Source: an uncultured virus (IMG/VR IMGVR_UViG_3300018413_000001)
Lineage: Duplodnaviria > Heunggongvirae > Uroviricota > Caudoviricetes
Strand: one strand, 5' to 3'
DNA length: 64,000 bases
Virus record (IMG/VR): IMGVR_UViG_3300018413_000001
A program made the position numbers and the translations under genes. Shown here piece after piece: positions 26,455 to 36,016 of the stretch (the stretch's first letter is position 1; each line of letters starts with the position of its first letter). The notes beneath the pieces were generated by a model. The model saw only the letters and a list, made by a program, of their open reading frames with translations. It had not been told where the DNA came from and did not search any database.

Positions 26455-28853
26455 TTCATGTAAAAAGGCACTGTTTTTCCTTCGGCCAGCAGAGGCATGC
26501 CCTTTGCCCATTCTGGTGTGCTGGCGAGAAGCCTGCAAAGTTCCTCCGGTGTCTGTCCCGGTTTCTTGTAGTTGAGAGATTCGTCGTGGATGAGGGTGGC
26601 AATCTCGTATCCGGCATCCTCACAGTTGAGGGCCCCGTTGACCATAAAGTCGGCGGCTAAACCTTGGGTGGCATTTTCCGTGTACTTCGCGCCATACGTG
26701 GGAACGCGCCCCCAAGCCTTCGTGCCATCTTTCCCGGTCTTGCCATAATATGTGACAACATCTTTTAGGAAATGCTTTTTCTCACCCACGCGCTCGATGG
26801 CTTTCTGGATGTCCTCGGGCTGCGGTTCAAAGATCTGCACCCGCTTACCCTTGTGCGTGTAGCTCAGGCATTTGACCAGCTCGGGCATGGGGTAGCTGAT
26901 CTCCCGGCCACTCGGCAGACGAAGCAGCAGGAAGCTCGTGCCATTGGCAATCTCCATGACTCGGAACGAAAGCTTGTCATTGACCTCGACCACCTTGCCG
27001 GGGCTCAGCACGGCAGCCCGTGAGCACTGGTCCATCTTGCGCCAGAGCTTCACAATCTCGGGGTGGGACTCACGATAGATCTTGACGACCTCATCCTCGA
27101 AGCCCTCGGGCAGGTCGAAGTATCCATACTTCTCACAGGTCTGCCGGAACTTGGGGCCACCGCCTTGATAGCCCAGCAGCAGCACGGCCTGTTTGCCCAC
27201 GAAACGCTGGGGGAACTCCTGCACCTCTTCATAGGGCACACCATAGATCCTGCTGGCCATCTTCTTGTAACGGTCAATGCCCTGACGGTATTCTTCGAGC
27301 GCGTCTTCCTGACCAGCGAGCCATGCCACACCACGGGCCTCAATGGCAGCGAAGTCGGCTGAGAGCATGTAGTTCTCCAAATACTTCATGCTGGCGCACT
27401 TCGAGCACGGCTCGCTGCGCTTGTACCATTTCTCCGGGGGTCTGCCGGTGCCACCGCAATGCGGGCACACCTGATAGTCGTGGATGAAATGCCGGATGCA
27501 CGAACTGACCACTTCAAGGGGTGGACCATAGACCAGCTCCAACCAGTCGGCATCCCGGCCAGCCAGAATGTCCCGATACGCGGCTTGGGTGAGCCAGCTC
27601 AGGGCTTTGCCCTCGGATTTGAATCCCATGGCCTTCCACGGCATGTCACGCACCAGCCGGGTGGACGGGCGCTTCATGTTCTGGGGCTGCACCTTGAACC
27701 CGGCCCACCGGCCCGGCCCGGCACCCCACAAAATGAGCGTGCCACGCACCCGGTTGTCATCAGGCCCGACCATGGCAAGAATGGCCTTCACCTTCTTCAC
27801 GGCAGCATAGGTGAGCCGTTTGCGCAGCATGAGTGCCCGGCTGATGTCGGTGCCGTCGTCTTCACCGAACTCGGCCTCCTGACTGTCCTCATCCTCTCCA
27901 TCCGACTCCGAGCCACCTGCACCCTCGGCACTGTCGAGGTGCGCGTCCACGGTCTCTGCTTTGAGATCGTTGCCCTGCCAGCCGCGCTGCTGCAACCACG
28001 TGAGTATCTTTTCCCGCTGGGTATGCTTGAGTCCCGTGAGCGCAAAGAACTCGGCTCCGGTCTTGGCCTCGGTCTCCTCAATGATCTTGACTGCATTGTT
28101 GATGGCCGTCAGGTTCACCGGGAACCCGCGCTCGTTGATGGTGAGGTCGAGCTGGAACGTGGCCAGAGCATCCCCGCTCAGGGCGAAGTATTTCAACGTG
28201 TGCGCGGCCTGGCGCTCCACCTCCACGTCCTGACGGCAATACTCGATGAACCGTTTGAAGTCGGCCATGTCAGCCTCGGAGTCGGTGGGCAGGATGCGCT
28301 CGCGGAACGGGTTCTTGGCTCTCTTGGCCAGCAGTTTAGCATTGGTGGTCGGCTTCTGTTTGTTCTTCTGGGGAACGCAAAACTTCTTGATGAGATCATG
28401 CCCCGCCTTGTCCTTCTGAGCCCGCAGCCCGAGGATGCTGCCCACGTCCTCAAGGGCTGGTGGGAGCCCGGCACGGCGGGTCATTGCCTGTGTACAGCGG
28501 AACTGCTCGGGCCGGGGGGCCTTGTAGCCGGTGGTCTTGGTGAAGAGAGCACGGGTGATGGCAGCCTCGAATGGGGCGTTGTGGGCGAAGATGATGTCGC
28601 CTTGAAGGCTGAGAAGAATCAAATCAGCCTCGTGTTGATCCTTGGGGTTCGGATTCTCGCAGATCTCCGGGTTGACCCACACCACGGGGTGGTCGTCGCC
28701 CACAGCCAGACCAATGAGCAGGATCTCCGTGCTCGGGTCGCGCGCATAGCGGTGAGCGCCCACACCCGTCTTGCCACCCAACGGGGCTGCACTGAACGTT
28801 TCGTAGTCCATGTGGACACGGCGGCGCTTCGGGCTGGTGGGGTCATTGGCCAC
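26451..28853 (-). CDS. polA: Family A DNA polymerase with 3'-5' exonuclease
   Basis: DYET, AHNAPFE and YCRQDV exonuclease motifs; SADFAAIEAR motif A, RFVGKQAVLLLGY motif B, IHDE motif C. Confidence 0.92.
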   Translation of the reverse strand: MANDPTSPKRRRVHMDYETFSAAPLGGKTGVGAHRYARDPSTEILLIGLAVGDDHPVVWVNPEICENPNPKDQHEADLILLSLQGDIIFAHNAPFEAAITRALFTKTTGYKAPRPEQFRCTQAMTRRAGLPPALEDVGSILGLRAQKDKAGHDLIKKFCVPQKNKQKPTTNAKLLAKRAKNPFRERILPTDSEADMADFKRFIEYCRQDVEVERQAAHTLKYFALSGDALATFQLDLTINERGFPVNLTAINNAVKIIEETEAKTGAEFFALTGLKHTQREKILTWLQQRGWQGNDLKAETVDAHLDSAEGAGGSESDGEDEDSQEAEFGEDDGTDISRALMLRKRLTYAAVKKVKAILAMVGPDDNRVRGTLILWGAGPGRWAGFKVQPQNMKRPSTRLVRDMPWKAMGFKSEGKALSWLTQAAYRDILAGRDADWLELVYGPPLEVVSSCIRHFIHDYQVCPHCGGTGRPPEKWYKRSEPCSKCASMKYLENYMLSADFAAIEARGVAWLAGQEDALEEYRQGIDRYKKMASRIYGVPYEEVQEFPQRFVGKQAVLLLGYQGGGPKFRQTCEKYGYFDLPEGFEDEVVKIYRESHPEIVKLWRKMDQCSRAAVLSPGKVVEVNDKLSFRVMEIANGTSFLLLRLPSGREISYPMPELVKCLSYTHKGKRVQIFEPQPEDIQKAIERVGEKKHFLKDVVTYYGKTGKDGTKAWGRVPTYGAKYTENATQGLAADFMVNGALNCEDAGYEIATLIHDESLNYKKPGQTPEELCRLLASTPEWAKGMPLLAEGKTVPFYMK

Positions 28854-29073
28854 TGTGTTTTTCTGTTCTTTGGTTTGCTTGTTTCTCTTCGAGACATTTC
28901 ACAAGTTTTTCTGCACATGAGAATCCAGACTTGATTGCAATCCAGTCGGCCTCACCACAGTCAACTATTTCCCCCTTACGCCAAAGAACACCGTCCTTGG
29001 CTGTGATGTCACTCGGGATTGGTTCAAACATAAAATTAAAATGCCCGTGCTGCTTTCTGTACTTCCATCCCAC
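28843..29073 (-). CDS. Hypothetical protein
   Basis: 76-aa ORF overlapping the polymerase start. Confidence 0.5.
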   Translation of the reverse strand: MGWKYRKQHGHFNFMFEPIPSDITAKDGVLWRKGEIVDCGEADWIAIKSGFSCAEKLVKCLEEKQANQRTEKHSGQ

Positions 29074-29128
29074 ATGTGTTCACCATCAGGAGGTTTTCGT
29101 CGGGCAGCACGGGCAAGGTGTTTGGGGT

Positions 29129-29758
29129 TTATGCCAGAGGGTCTTCTTCGTCTCCGGCCTCGTCGTCCGAGCCGCCGTCCTTCTCCAGGTTCTTGAACAC
29201 GGACTTCGGATCAACCGGAGCACCGCCGAACGGTTCGCCATCCTTGACAAACTGCACGGTTTCGAGGCTGGCGAAGATTCCGTTGCCACCCTTGTCCGCA
29301 CCCATGACTGCGTAGATGCGGATGAAATAGTTGCAGTAGCAACCGGCGTAGGTCTTGTTGTCCTCGGCGTAGATCGGGGTCTGTGCATCACGATCCACCA
29401 CGGCTGGCCGTTTGTCATTGGCAGCCTTGAGGATCATCATGCCAGCGTAGCCGTCATAGACCTCGCCGGTCTTTTGGTTGACACAGGAGTCGCCGTCCAC
29501 GAAGCACTTGCGGTCATCGGTCTTGTAGGTGGCCGGGGACTTCTTGAACTTCTCCAGCTCGACCTGCTTGATCAGGTTCTCGATCTTCTTGATGTTGCGT
29601 TTGCCGGTGTCGGTGGTGGGGTCGATGATGATGTTGCAGCGGTACTTGAGACGGCCACCTTCCACGGAGGCCGTGGGCTCGTAAAGGTCGTCGAAGCTGA
29701 GGCGGCCATTCTCGATGAGAATGCCTGCGATTTCTTTTTTGCTTGGGTTCGTAGCCAT
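29129..29758 (-). CDS. Single-stranded DNA-binding protein (DUF2815/gp2.5-like)
   Basis: RLSF...RPAVVD...YAGCY...VQFVKDGEPFGG with acidic tail, between DUF2800-type gene and polA. Confidence 0.85.
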   Translation of the reverse strand: MATNPSKKEIAGILIENGRLSFDDLYEPTASVEGGRLKYRCNIIIDPTTDTGKRNIKKIENLIKQVELEKFKKSPATYKTDDRKCFVDGDSCVNQKTGEVYDGYAGMMILKAANDKRPAVVDRDAQTPIYAEDNKTYAGCYCNYFIRIYAVMGADKGGNGIFASLETVQFVKDGEPFGGAPVDPKSVFKNLEKDGGSDDEAGDEEDPLA

Positions 29759-29795
29759 GGTGTTGTGTGTTTTGGGTGTGGGGTTGAAAAAGTAC

Positions 29796-30089
29796 CTATG
29801 CGTAAAGCGCAAGGTTATCGGGGCTCAGCAGATCACGCATCGCCAGACGGGCCAAACGGCGTTTTTCCGCAATCTTGTTGGCCTGTTCACAGCACTTCTG
29901 CCATGTGCTGATGCGGCGTTTGTCACCGGCAATCTTGGCCACTTTCTGAGCATGGGGCTGGGCCATGATTTCAGAAATTGGAGACTGGACGAATCCGTTT
30001 TTCTTCAGACGGAATGTGATTTGCCACACATGGAAAAACCGTGTGCCGGGTGTGCGTTTGGATGCTTCGAGTTTGCCTGGGATGTGCAT
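29796..30089 (-). CDS. Hypothetical basic protein
   Basis: 97-aa ORF with A/C-rich leader. Confidence 0.5.
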   Translation of the reverse strand: MHIPGKLEASKRTPGTRFFHVWQITFRLKKNGFVQSPISEIMAQPHAQKVAKIAGDKRRISTWQKCCEQANKIAEKRRLARLAMRDLLSPDNLALYA

Positions 30090-30111
30090 GATGTGTTGGG
30101 GTTGAAAAGAA

Positions 30112-30408
30112 TTACATTTTCAGACCATCTGATGTCGGCTCGACAACAGTGCTGCTGGGGTCTTTGGAGCTAGGGTATGGGTTGGGGTTGCCCACATACT
30201 TCAACGCCATGCCTTGACGCATGATGCAGTTTTCCAGATCACGGATGGAAAGGATGTGTTGAGCAATCGCTTCACTCTGGTCATCAAACCCCAGCGGGAC
30301 TTGTGCATGTTTCAGCAGATCTGTTTTGTGTTCCTTCATGCGCTGAAGGAGTTCGTCCGCATCTTTACGGAATTGTTTGGCAGTGATGATGGCGTGTTCT
30401 TTGGTCAT
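30112..30408 (-). CDS. Small helical-hairpin protein, possibly Acb2/Tad1-like
   Basis: Two amphipathic helices (RKDADELLQRMK; LSIRDLENCIMRQGMALK) followed by NPYPSSKDP...EPTSDGLKM. Confidence 0.4.
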   Translation of the reverse strand: MTKEHAIITAKQFRKDADELLQRMKEHKTDLLKHAQVPLGFDDQSEAIAQHILSIRDLENCIMRQGMALKYVGNPNPYPSSKDPSSTVVEPTSDGLKM

Positions 30409-30605
30409 GGCTTCGTTTTTGTTGGTGTTGTTTTACAGCAAAATTTGAACTTCTTCCCACTCCCACATGCACAGGGGGCATAGAGCTTGATCTGTTTTTC
30501 CAATTCCTCATTTTTGGTGAGGTCACGGAAAACCGGGATAAAATTGTCCGCCTGTTCAGGGGACACCTCGTCCCAAGGAAGAATTTGGCCTGTGTCTGTG
30601 TTCAT
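30405..30605 (-). CDS. SEC-C motif protein
   Basis: PCACGSGKKFKFCC. Confidence 0.8.
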   Translation of the reverse strand: MNTDTGQILPWDEVSPEQADNFIPVFRDLTKNEELEKQIKLYAPCACGSGKKFKFCCKTTPTKTKP

Positions 30606-30626
30606 ATTTGTTGTTTCACTATTTCC

Positions 30627-31865
30627 TTATTCCTCGGACGCGGGCAGTGAATCCACGTCCAAATTCTGAAACACGTCAGCCGGGTTGATGTTGATCGACT
30701 CACGCGGGTCATCGTTGGGCACCAGCAGCACGCCGCCCTCGAACTTCCTGATGTAGGGCATCAATCCGCCTGGCTTCATGCCGTGAGCCTTCATCATGTC
30801 CTCAATGGCCTTTGGTGTCTTGAGCTTGGGCTCCGTCTGGGCTTCGTCACCAAACATGACTTCAAGAAACTCGGCTGCCTTCTCAGGATCTTCCCATGAC
30901 CGTGAGCCCTTGCCACGGACAAGCTTGAAACCCTCTGGGATCTTGCCATTGACGGCCTCACCGTAGAACGCCTTGTACACATCATCGACGAATGCTTTGA
31001 TCCTGTTCTTGTTGGCGGCGATGAGCCGGAGGGTGCGCTCGTCGAACTGGCGCAGATCGGTCATCACCTCGTTCGGGTTCACGTCGCTGATGACGATGGC
31101 CCTGTCGGCCCCGGTCCACTCGGTGTAGGCGGCACAGGGCGAGCCCTTGGCGGGTTTCTTCATCGGGCAGAACCGGCATGCCTCGGGCGACGGGCGGAAG
31201 GTCTCGTCGATGCCTGCAATGATCTTCTTGGCGATGCGTTCTATGTTGTCGGTGAACTCCTTCAACTCGGCCCATGTGAGCCGCCAGATGGAGATCTTCT
31301 CGCCTTCACGAATGCGGGGCTGGTAGATGGCAAGCTCGAAAAGGGTGTCCTCGGTGAGGTTGTGCTGGTCATCCCATTCTTGCTCCACCCATGAGCGGGC
31401 ATAGATGGCCATCTGCTCGTTCTCTTCAGCGGTGACGGCAACGCCTTGCCCATACTTGAGATCGGTGATCCGAACGTCCGAGCCGTTCCAGAGACCTTTG
31501 CTTGCGGCATCGACGTAGCCATTGCGGTTGGGCATGTACCAGAGTGAGATCTTCAACTCAGAGTGCAGGTCCACCATGCCGGGGACTTTCACAAACTCAG
31601 CAAACCCTTTGGCGTGCTTCACCATCTCCGGCAGTTTGTCCTTCGGGATCTTCTTGCCCCTGGACTCGGTGGGCAACGGCTGGCCGAGCAGCACCGCGTT
31701 GGCCACGGCATGAGCCATGTCGCCCTCCACGTTCCACACGGTGTCCGTGCTGCCGATCTTGTCGGCGTTCTCAGCGATGAACCGTGGGCTGGCGGTGCAA
31801 GTCAGCCAGCGGGATGCGGCGGACGGCGAGAGTGAAATGACTGGCGGACGGGGGGATGGTTTCAT
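30627..31865 (-). CDS. DUF2800-type PD-(D/E)XK (Cas4-like) nuclease
   Basis: LSPSAASRWLTC, EGDMAH, GYVD...DLKYG, QMAIYA, IYQPR, CRFC...C. Confidence 0.85.
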   Translation of the reverse strand: MKPSPRPPVISLSPSAASRWLTCTASPRFIAENADKIGSTDTVWNVEGDMAHAVANAVLLGQPLPTESRGKKIPKDKLPEMVKHAKGFAEFVKVPGMVDLHSELKISLWYMPNRNGYVDAASKGLWNGSDVRITDLKYGQGVAVTAEENEQMAIYARSWVEQEWDDQHNLTEDTLFELAIYQPRIREGEKISIWRLTWAELKEFTDNIERIAKKIIAGIDETFRPSPEACRFCPMKKPAKGSPCAAYTEWTGADRAIVISDVNPNEVMTDLRQFDERTLRLIAANKNRIKAFVDDVYKAFYGEAVNGKIPEGFKLVRGKGSRSWEDPEKAAEFLEVMFGDEAQTEPKLKTPKAIEDMMKAHGMKPGGLMPYIRKFEGGVLLVPNDDPRESININPADVFQNLDVDSLPASEE

Positions 31866-31878
31866 TGAATAGGGTTGA

Positions 31879-31916
31879 GAAAAAGAACCGGGTGTTTTTG
31901 ATGACACCCGGTTCTT
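31879..31916 (-). terminator. Intrinsic terminator inside the replication operon
   Basis: 13-bp stem AAGAACCGGGTGT/ACACCCGGTTCTT followed by T tract on the minus strand. Confidence 0.75.
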
Positions 31917-31949
31917 GCTAACTGGGTTCCTATTAATCTGGCGTGCTGA

Positions 31950-32318
31950 TTACGCGCAAGGATCTTCTTCCGGGGCCTCGGCAGCCAGCGCCTTGAGGGC
32001 CTTCAGCACTTCAGGGTACTTGTCGGGCTCGATCTTGGAGAGGCCGGTGGCACCGAAGCTCTTGTTGATCTCGACCAACTTGTCCTTCTTGCCAGCGTTC
32101 ACGCACTCGGTGGCGACGGCGCGAAGGTCTTCGAGCGTCACAGCCGGGGCTGCGGGCTTCTCGGGTTTGGCAGCCTTGGCTGGCTTGGCCGGAGTTTCAG
32201 GAGCAGGGGGTGGTGTGCTCGGCGGACTGGCCGGAGCCGCGTAACCGGTCAAGATGGGAGCCAGGGCTTCGGCAAGATGTTTGGCGGACTCGGGATTGAT
32301 GGTGATTTCGATTTTCAT
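31950..32318 (-). CDS. Conserved-type replication module protein with Pro/Ala linker
   Basis: MKIEITI N-terminus, P/A/K linker, VTLEDLR...FGATGLSKIEPDKYPEVL C-domain; usual position upstream of DUF2800 genes. Confidence 0.7.
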   Translation of the reverse strand: MKIEITINPESAKHLAEALAPILTGYAAPASPPSTPPPAPETPAKPAKAAKPEKPAAPAVTLEDLRAVATECVNAGKKDKLVEINKSFGATGLSKIEPDKYPEVLKALKALAAEAPEEDPCA

Positions 32319-32377
32319 CGGACTTGTTGTGTTTGTTTTGGGTTGCTCCGCCGACTGGGGCGGAAAGTGTGATCTGA

Positions 32378-32408
32378 GATTATAACAGAAAGTGTATCGT
32401 GCAAGAAA
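32378..32408 (-). promoter_or_regulatory. Sigma70-like promoter (extended -10)
   Basis: Minus strand TTCTTG-17 nt-TATAAT with TG extension, upstream of the gene starting at 32318. Confidence 0.45.
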
Positions 32409-32411
32409 TAT

Positions 32412-35018
32412 TCACCAGATGTCTGCGATTTTTTTCTGGTCCTCCATCTTCTGCCTGACATAAGCGCCAAGGTCGGTCACGTCCTTGAGCCTGCCATTGC
32501 GGACCCAGATGGTCTGTTTCTTGCCGTCAAGCATGGACCGTTTGCCTGAGTGGTACCCGAGGTTGCGCAGCCGCTGGGCAAGCTGATGGTCGCTGCACCC
32601 TTGGGCACCTTCAATGTTGAAGATGGCGCTGAGATCCTTGGCCACGATGAAGTCGCTGTTGACCTGCACATGCTCACCCTCTTCGATCAGGCGGCGGATC
32701 AGCGTTGTGACCTCATCACTGGTGTCCTCAATGACCTGATCACGGAAGATGGTGTATGGCGCACGCCCGTTGGCGTCGAAGTCACTGCTGATGGGGTGGT
32801 TTTCAAACACATATCGCAGGGCTCCGGCGCGTTCCTTGAGCAGGTCAAAGAGAGCGGTGAAATAGCCGGTTTCAGACAAAGCCTTGATCTCTTCTTCCTC
32901 TTGCAGGATGGCCTTCAGCACGAAGTAACGCCGGTCATCGTGCGCTAGGGCAAGGGCATCATGGTGGTTCGAGAACGCGATGTAGTTGGTGATGTTCTCC
33001 TCAGTGCGCGTGTCCTTGTTGCGCTGGTTGACCGGGATGTCATCATTGGTGATCAGCTCCTTGAGCTTGTTCATGATCTCATATCGGTTCTCGCCCGTCA
33101 CACGGATTTCTTCAATGCCGACCAACTGGGCCCCCGTGGCCCACTCGTTCCAGTTTCCCGAGATCGAGGCTTTGTTGACCAGCTTGGCGTGGCCCTGACC
33201 GAGAACCGCCAGCATCAGTTTGAAGAAGAACGTTTTGCCGCAGCCAGCCCCGCCTTGAAACAGCACAGCCCAGCGGGCTTTCACACCGGGAAACTGGACA
33301 TTGAAGGCCATCCAGTCCCACAGCACTGACCGGTATTGAGGGTTGGCGATGAGCACTTCAAGATGCTTGTCAATCAGAGCCTTGGCCTCATCAGCATACT
33401 CTTTTGTCGGGGTGGGGAAGTTGGCCCGGTAGGTGTTGACGTACCACAGCCCTTCCTTCTTGGTGTAGATCTTCCCCGGCTCTGAAGGCGTATAACGGTA
33501 GCCGTCCACACACTGGATCTTGTGCAGGTTCAGTGCGAAGTCCTGTGGCCGGATGATCGGCTTCGACAATACTGCGGGGTCTGCGTCATCCCCTGCTGTG
33601 GCCGGGTCGGGGAGGAGCTTGCGGCCAAAGGCGTTGTTGAAGGCGTCACAGTCCATGCGCCGGGTGGTGCGGTGCTGAAAAAACTCATTGCGGGAGGTGA
33701 CATAACACCAGCCCTTGAGCCATCCTGGCATCTCCTTGCTGTCCTGGCTCTCGTCCTTCTGAGCCGCCTTGGCCTTGAGCTTCTTGAGGTCTTTGCGCAG
33801 ATCCCCAATACTGGCGTCAATGCCGAGCTTCTTGGCCTGCCGGATGACAGCATTGAGCAGCACGCCTTCTTCCGTGTCCGAGAGCATGACGGCTGCCATG
33901 ATCTTCTGAAGGGCCAATGTGGTCAGGTCGGTCTTGGTCCGGCCTTCCTCCCGTATCCAGTTGAGCACCGAGTTGAATGAAACCTCTTTTACCGGAGCCG
34001 CATTGTATCCACCGTCCACGGCGGCATGGATCAACGAACGGATGGTGACGGGCACCCGGCCCATAGGGGTTGGTTGAATGCAGTTCCACTTGGCCAGTGT
34101 GTCGTCCCGCCCGAGGTATTTCTTGGTGCCCTTGGCCGACCACTCATCAAAGATCTCGAACGCTTCAGACGCGTGCTTATGGGAGAACTGGTGCTTGAGG
34201 GCTGACGCCATCGCGATCCACGGCAGCATCTCGATGTCCGGGTCCACGTGGGACAGAGCTTCCTTGGCAATCTCCAAGGTGATCTCAGGAACCGGGGGAC
34301 GGAGAAAGGCCAGAGCGTCTTCACTGTTGTGGGCCTTGTCGCTGGTGTATCCCTTGGGCTCCACGCCCATGATCTCGTCCATCTCCACGTCATGGACCTG
34401 CCGGGGTTGCAGGGCCTCCCCGATGAGTTCACCGCAGAAGGTCGGGTGCTCGTCAATGTGCTGGCCGGCAAACAACACCGGCAGGAACATGGGCTGCACG
34501 GCCACCTCGGACTCGGGGGTGATGATGGTGAGGCCAATGCGCTGGGCGATGGTGGCCACGGCTGCCGGATACATTGACAACGGGATGGCGTCCGCCGAGA
34601 CCATGATACGGATGCGCGGCTTCTCGGGGGTGCTGCTGATCGTGTGGTAGGCCACGAAGGCCAGCGGGGCGAGCTGGTCGCGCAAGATTTGAGGGTTCTT
34701 GACGAACGGGGCAGCCGGGCACAGGCCGGTCTTCTTGTCCTCGTCAATGTCGAGGAAGATCAGGTTGCAGACCGTGGCGTTCTCGGTCTTGCGGGGCACG
34801 TTGTCCGCCTTGAAGGCTGCCGGGGTGAGCAGGGTCAGCTTGTCCCGTTTGTACTTGTCACGGGCTGCCTTGGGCATCGCCATGAACCCGTCCTGCGTGA
34901 GCGCCAGTGGGATGGGGGTGTGGATGCAGGTCTCGACCAGCTCGCGGAAGGTGGTGGCCGGGCATGAGGACACCCATGTGGTGACGGACTGGCCTGTAAA
35001 ATATTTGGCTGCGGGCAT
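32412..35018 (-). CDS. Primase-helicase (primase domain, PriCT-2, SF3/DUF5906 helicase)
   Basis: FLDID and YHTISS primase motifs, WIAMASALK...FDEWS PriCT-2, GGAGCGKT Walker A, GIEE, FSNH, DDRRY. Confidence 0.88.
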   Translation of the reverse strand: MPAAKYFTGQSVTTWVSSCPATTFRELVETCIHTPIPLALTQDGFMAMPKAARDKYKRDKLTLLTPAAFKADNVPRKTENATVCNLIFLDIDEDKKTGLCPAAPFVKNPQILRDQLAPLAFVAYHTISSTPEKPRIRIMVSADAIPLSMYPAAVATIAQRIGLTIITPESEVAVQPMFLPVLFAGQHIDEHPTFCGELIGEALQPRQVHDVEMDEIMGVEPKGYTSDKAHNSEDALAFLRPPVPEITLEIAKEALSHVDPDIEMLPWIAMASALKHQFSHKHASEAFEIFDEWSAKGTKKYLGRDDTLAKWNCIQPTPMGRVPVTIRSLIHAAVDGGYNAAPVKEVSFNSVLNWIREEGRTKTDLTTLALQKIMAAVMLSDTEEGVLLNAVIRQAKKLGIDASIGDLRKDLKKLKAKAAQKDESQDSKEMPGWLKGWCYVTSRNEFFQHRTTRRMDCDAFNNAFGRKLLPDPATAGDDADPAVLSKPIIRPQDFALNLHKIQCVDGYRYTPSEPGKIYTKKEGLWYVNTYRANFPTPTKEYADEAKALIDKHLEVLIANPQYRSVLWDWMAFNVQFPGVKARWAVLFQGGAGCGKTFFFKLMLAVLGQGHAKLVNKASISGNWNEWATGAQLVGIEEIRVTGENRYEIMNKLKELITNDDIPVNQRNKDTRTEENITNYIAFSNHHDALALAHDDRRYFVLKAILQEEEEIKALSETGYFTALFDLLKERAGALRYVFENHPISSDFDANGRAPYTIFRDQVIEDTSDEVTTLIRRLIEEGEHVQVNSDFIVAKDLSAIFNIEGAQGCSDHQLAQRLRNLGYHSGKRSMLDGKKQTIWVRNGRLKDVTDLGAYVRQKMEDQKKIADIW

Positions 35019-35033
35019 GGCGGGGTGCGGGTT

Positions 35034-35294
35034 CTACCAAACGCCGTCGAGGGGGTCAACCGATTGTGCGGGCGGTTCCGGCAATACATGGGGCATGCTG
35101 CCAAGAAAGTCGGTGGTTGGGAAAACATTGGTGGGCTGCTTTTCCATATTTGATTGGCTAGAGATGATGATTTCATTCCACCGCGTCAAATTGTTAAAAA
35201 GATTTGCCTGCATCATGGCAGAAGCAGAACGACCCTCGTGAAAAAGCCGGTAATAGTAGGCCGGTTTGCTGTAATCAGAAAAAGGTGTGTTCAT
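35034..35294 (-). CDS. Hypothetical protein ending in DPLDGVW
   Basis: 86-aa ORF with ATGA overlap. Confidence 0.6.
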   Translation of the reverse strand: MNTPFSDYSKPAYYYRLFHEGRSASAMMQANLFNNLTRWNEIIISSQSNMEKQPTNVFPTTDFLGSMPHVLPEPPAQSVDPLDGVW

Positions 35295-35575
35295 CGTCTT
35301 GTTGCTTCAGCAGATTGCAGTTTCAGTTCCTCCACATACCACTGGCACACATTTTGTAACGCAGCACCATCATGGATGTCAAACACAAGTTCCATCTCAC
35401 CTGCTTTATTTTCCTTCCGCACCACCAGCGCCCCGTGGGTGTGGTAGGCGAGGTGGCTGGAGGACAGCGTGCGGCTCATCAGCCTGGCCAGGTTCTCGGG
35501 GGACGGGGGATCGTCGAGCCCGTGGGCATGGAGAATGGTCTGATGGAGCAGGGACTGGAGGCGTGCGGCCTTCAT
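35291..35575 (-). CDS. Hypothetical protein
   Basis: 94-aa ORF with ATGA overlaps. Confidence 0.6.
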   Translation of the reverse strand: MKAARLQSLLHQTILHAHGLDDPPSPENLARLMSRTLSSSHLAYHTHGALVVRKENKAGEMELVFDIHDGAALQNVCQWYVEELKLQSAEATRR

Positions 35576-36009
35576 TCCATGAACGAGAGGCAGTCCGTTG
35601 TTTCACATTTGCCGTGGACATGGCCATTGTACTTTGCGTGTGTGAGATGAACCTTTCCTTTACAGATTGGGCATTCCTCAACACCACGCCAGTCCTGGCC
35701 CTTGTGTTCTTTCTTCACTCGGCCAATCAGTGGCAACGAAGCTTCAAAGTTACGGACAATAGATTGAACTTTTGCCTCATATTCGGCAATCTCTGCCTCA
35801 GTGGGTTCTTGGTACTTGTCGCATGACCCCCGTTTGGCAAATTCCTCCAATTGGGAAGGACTGTCAAAAACTGGGATGGTGCGGCAGGGGCGGCGCAATG
35901 CACACCCCGGTTTGTCGGGGTCAGGGGTCACTTCCTTGTAGCAAATACCAGCGTCACAAGTTTTGTTGTGGAATGATCCGTTGTAATGTTTACAGAGTCC
36001 TTTTTGCAT
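35572..36009 (-). CDS. Cys/His-rich hypothetical protein
   Basis: CKHYNG, CDAG, CPICKG...NGHVHGKCET..CLSFME. Confidence 0.65.
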   Translation of the reverse strand: MQKGLCKHYNGSFHNKTCDAGICYKEVTPDPDKPGCALRRPCRTIPVFDSPSQLEEFAKRGSCDKYQEPTEAEIAEYEAKVQSIVRNFEASLPLIGRVKKEHKGQDWRGVEECPICKGKVHLTHAKYNGHVHGKCETTDCLSFME

Positions 36010-36016
36010 AATGTTA

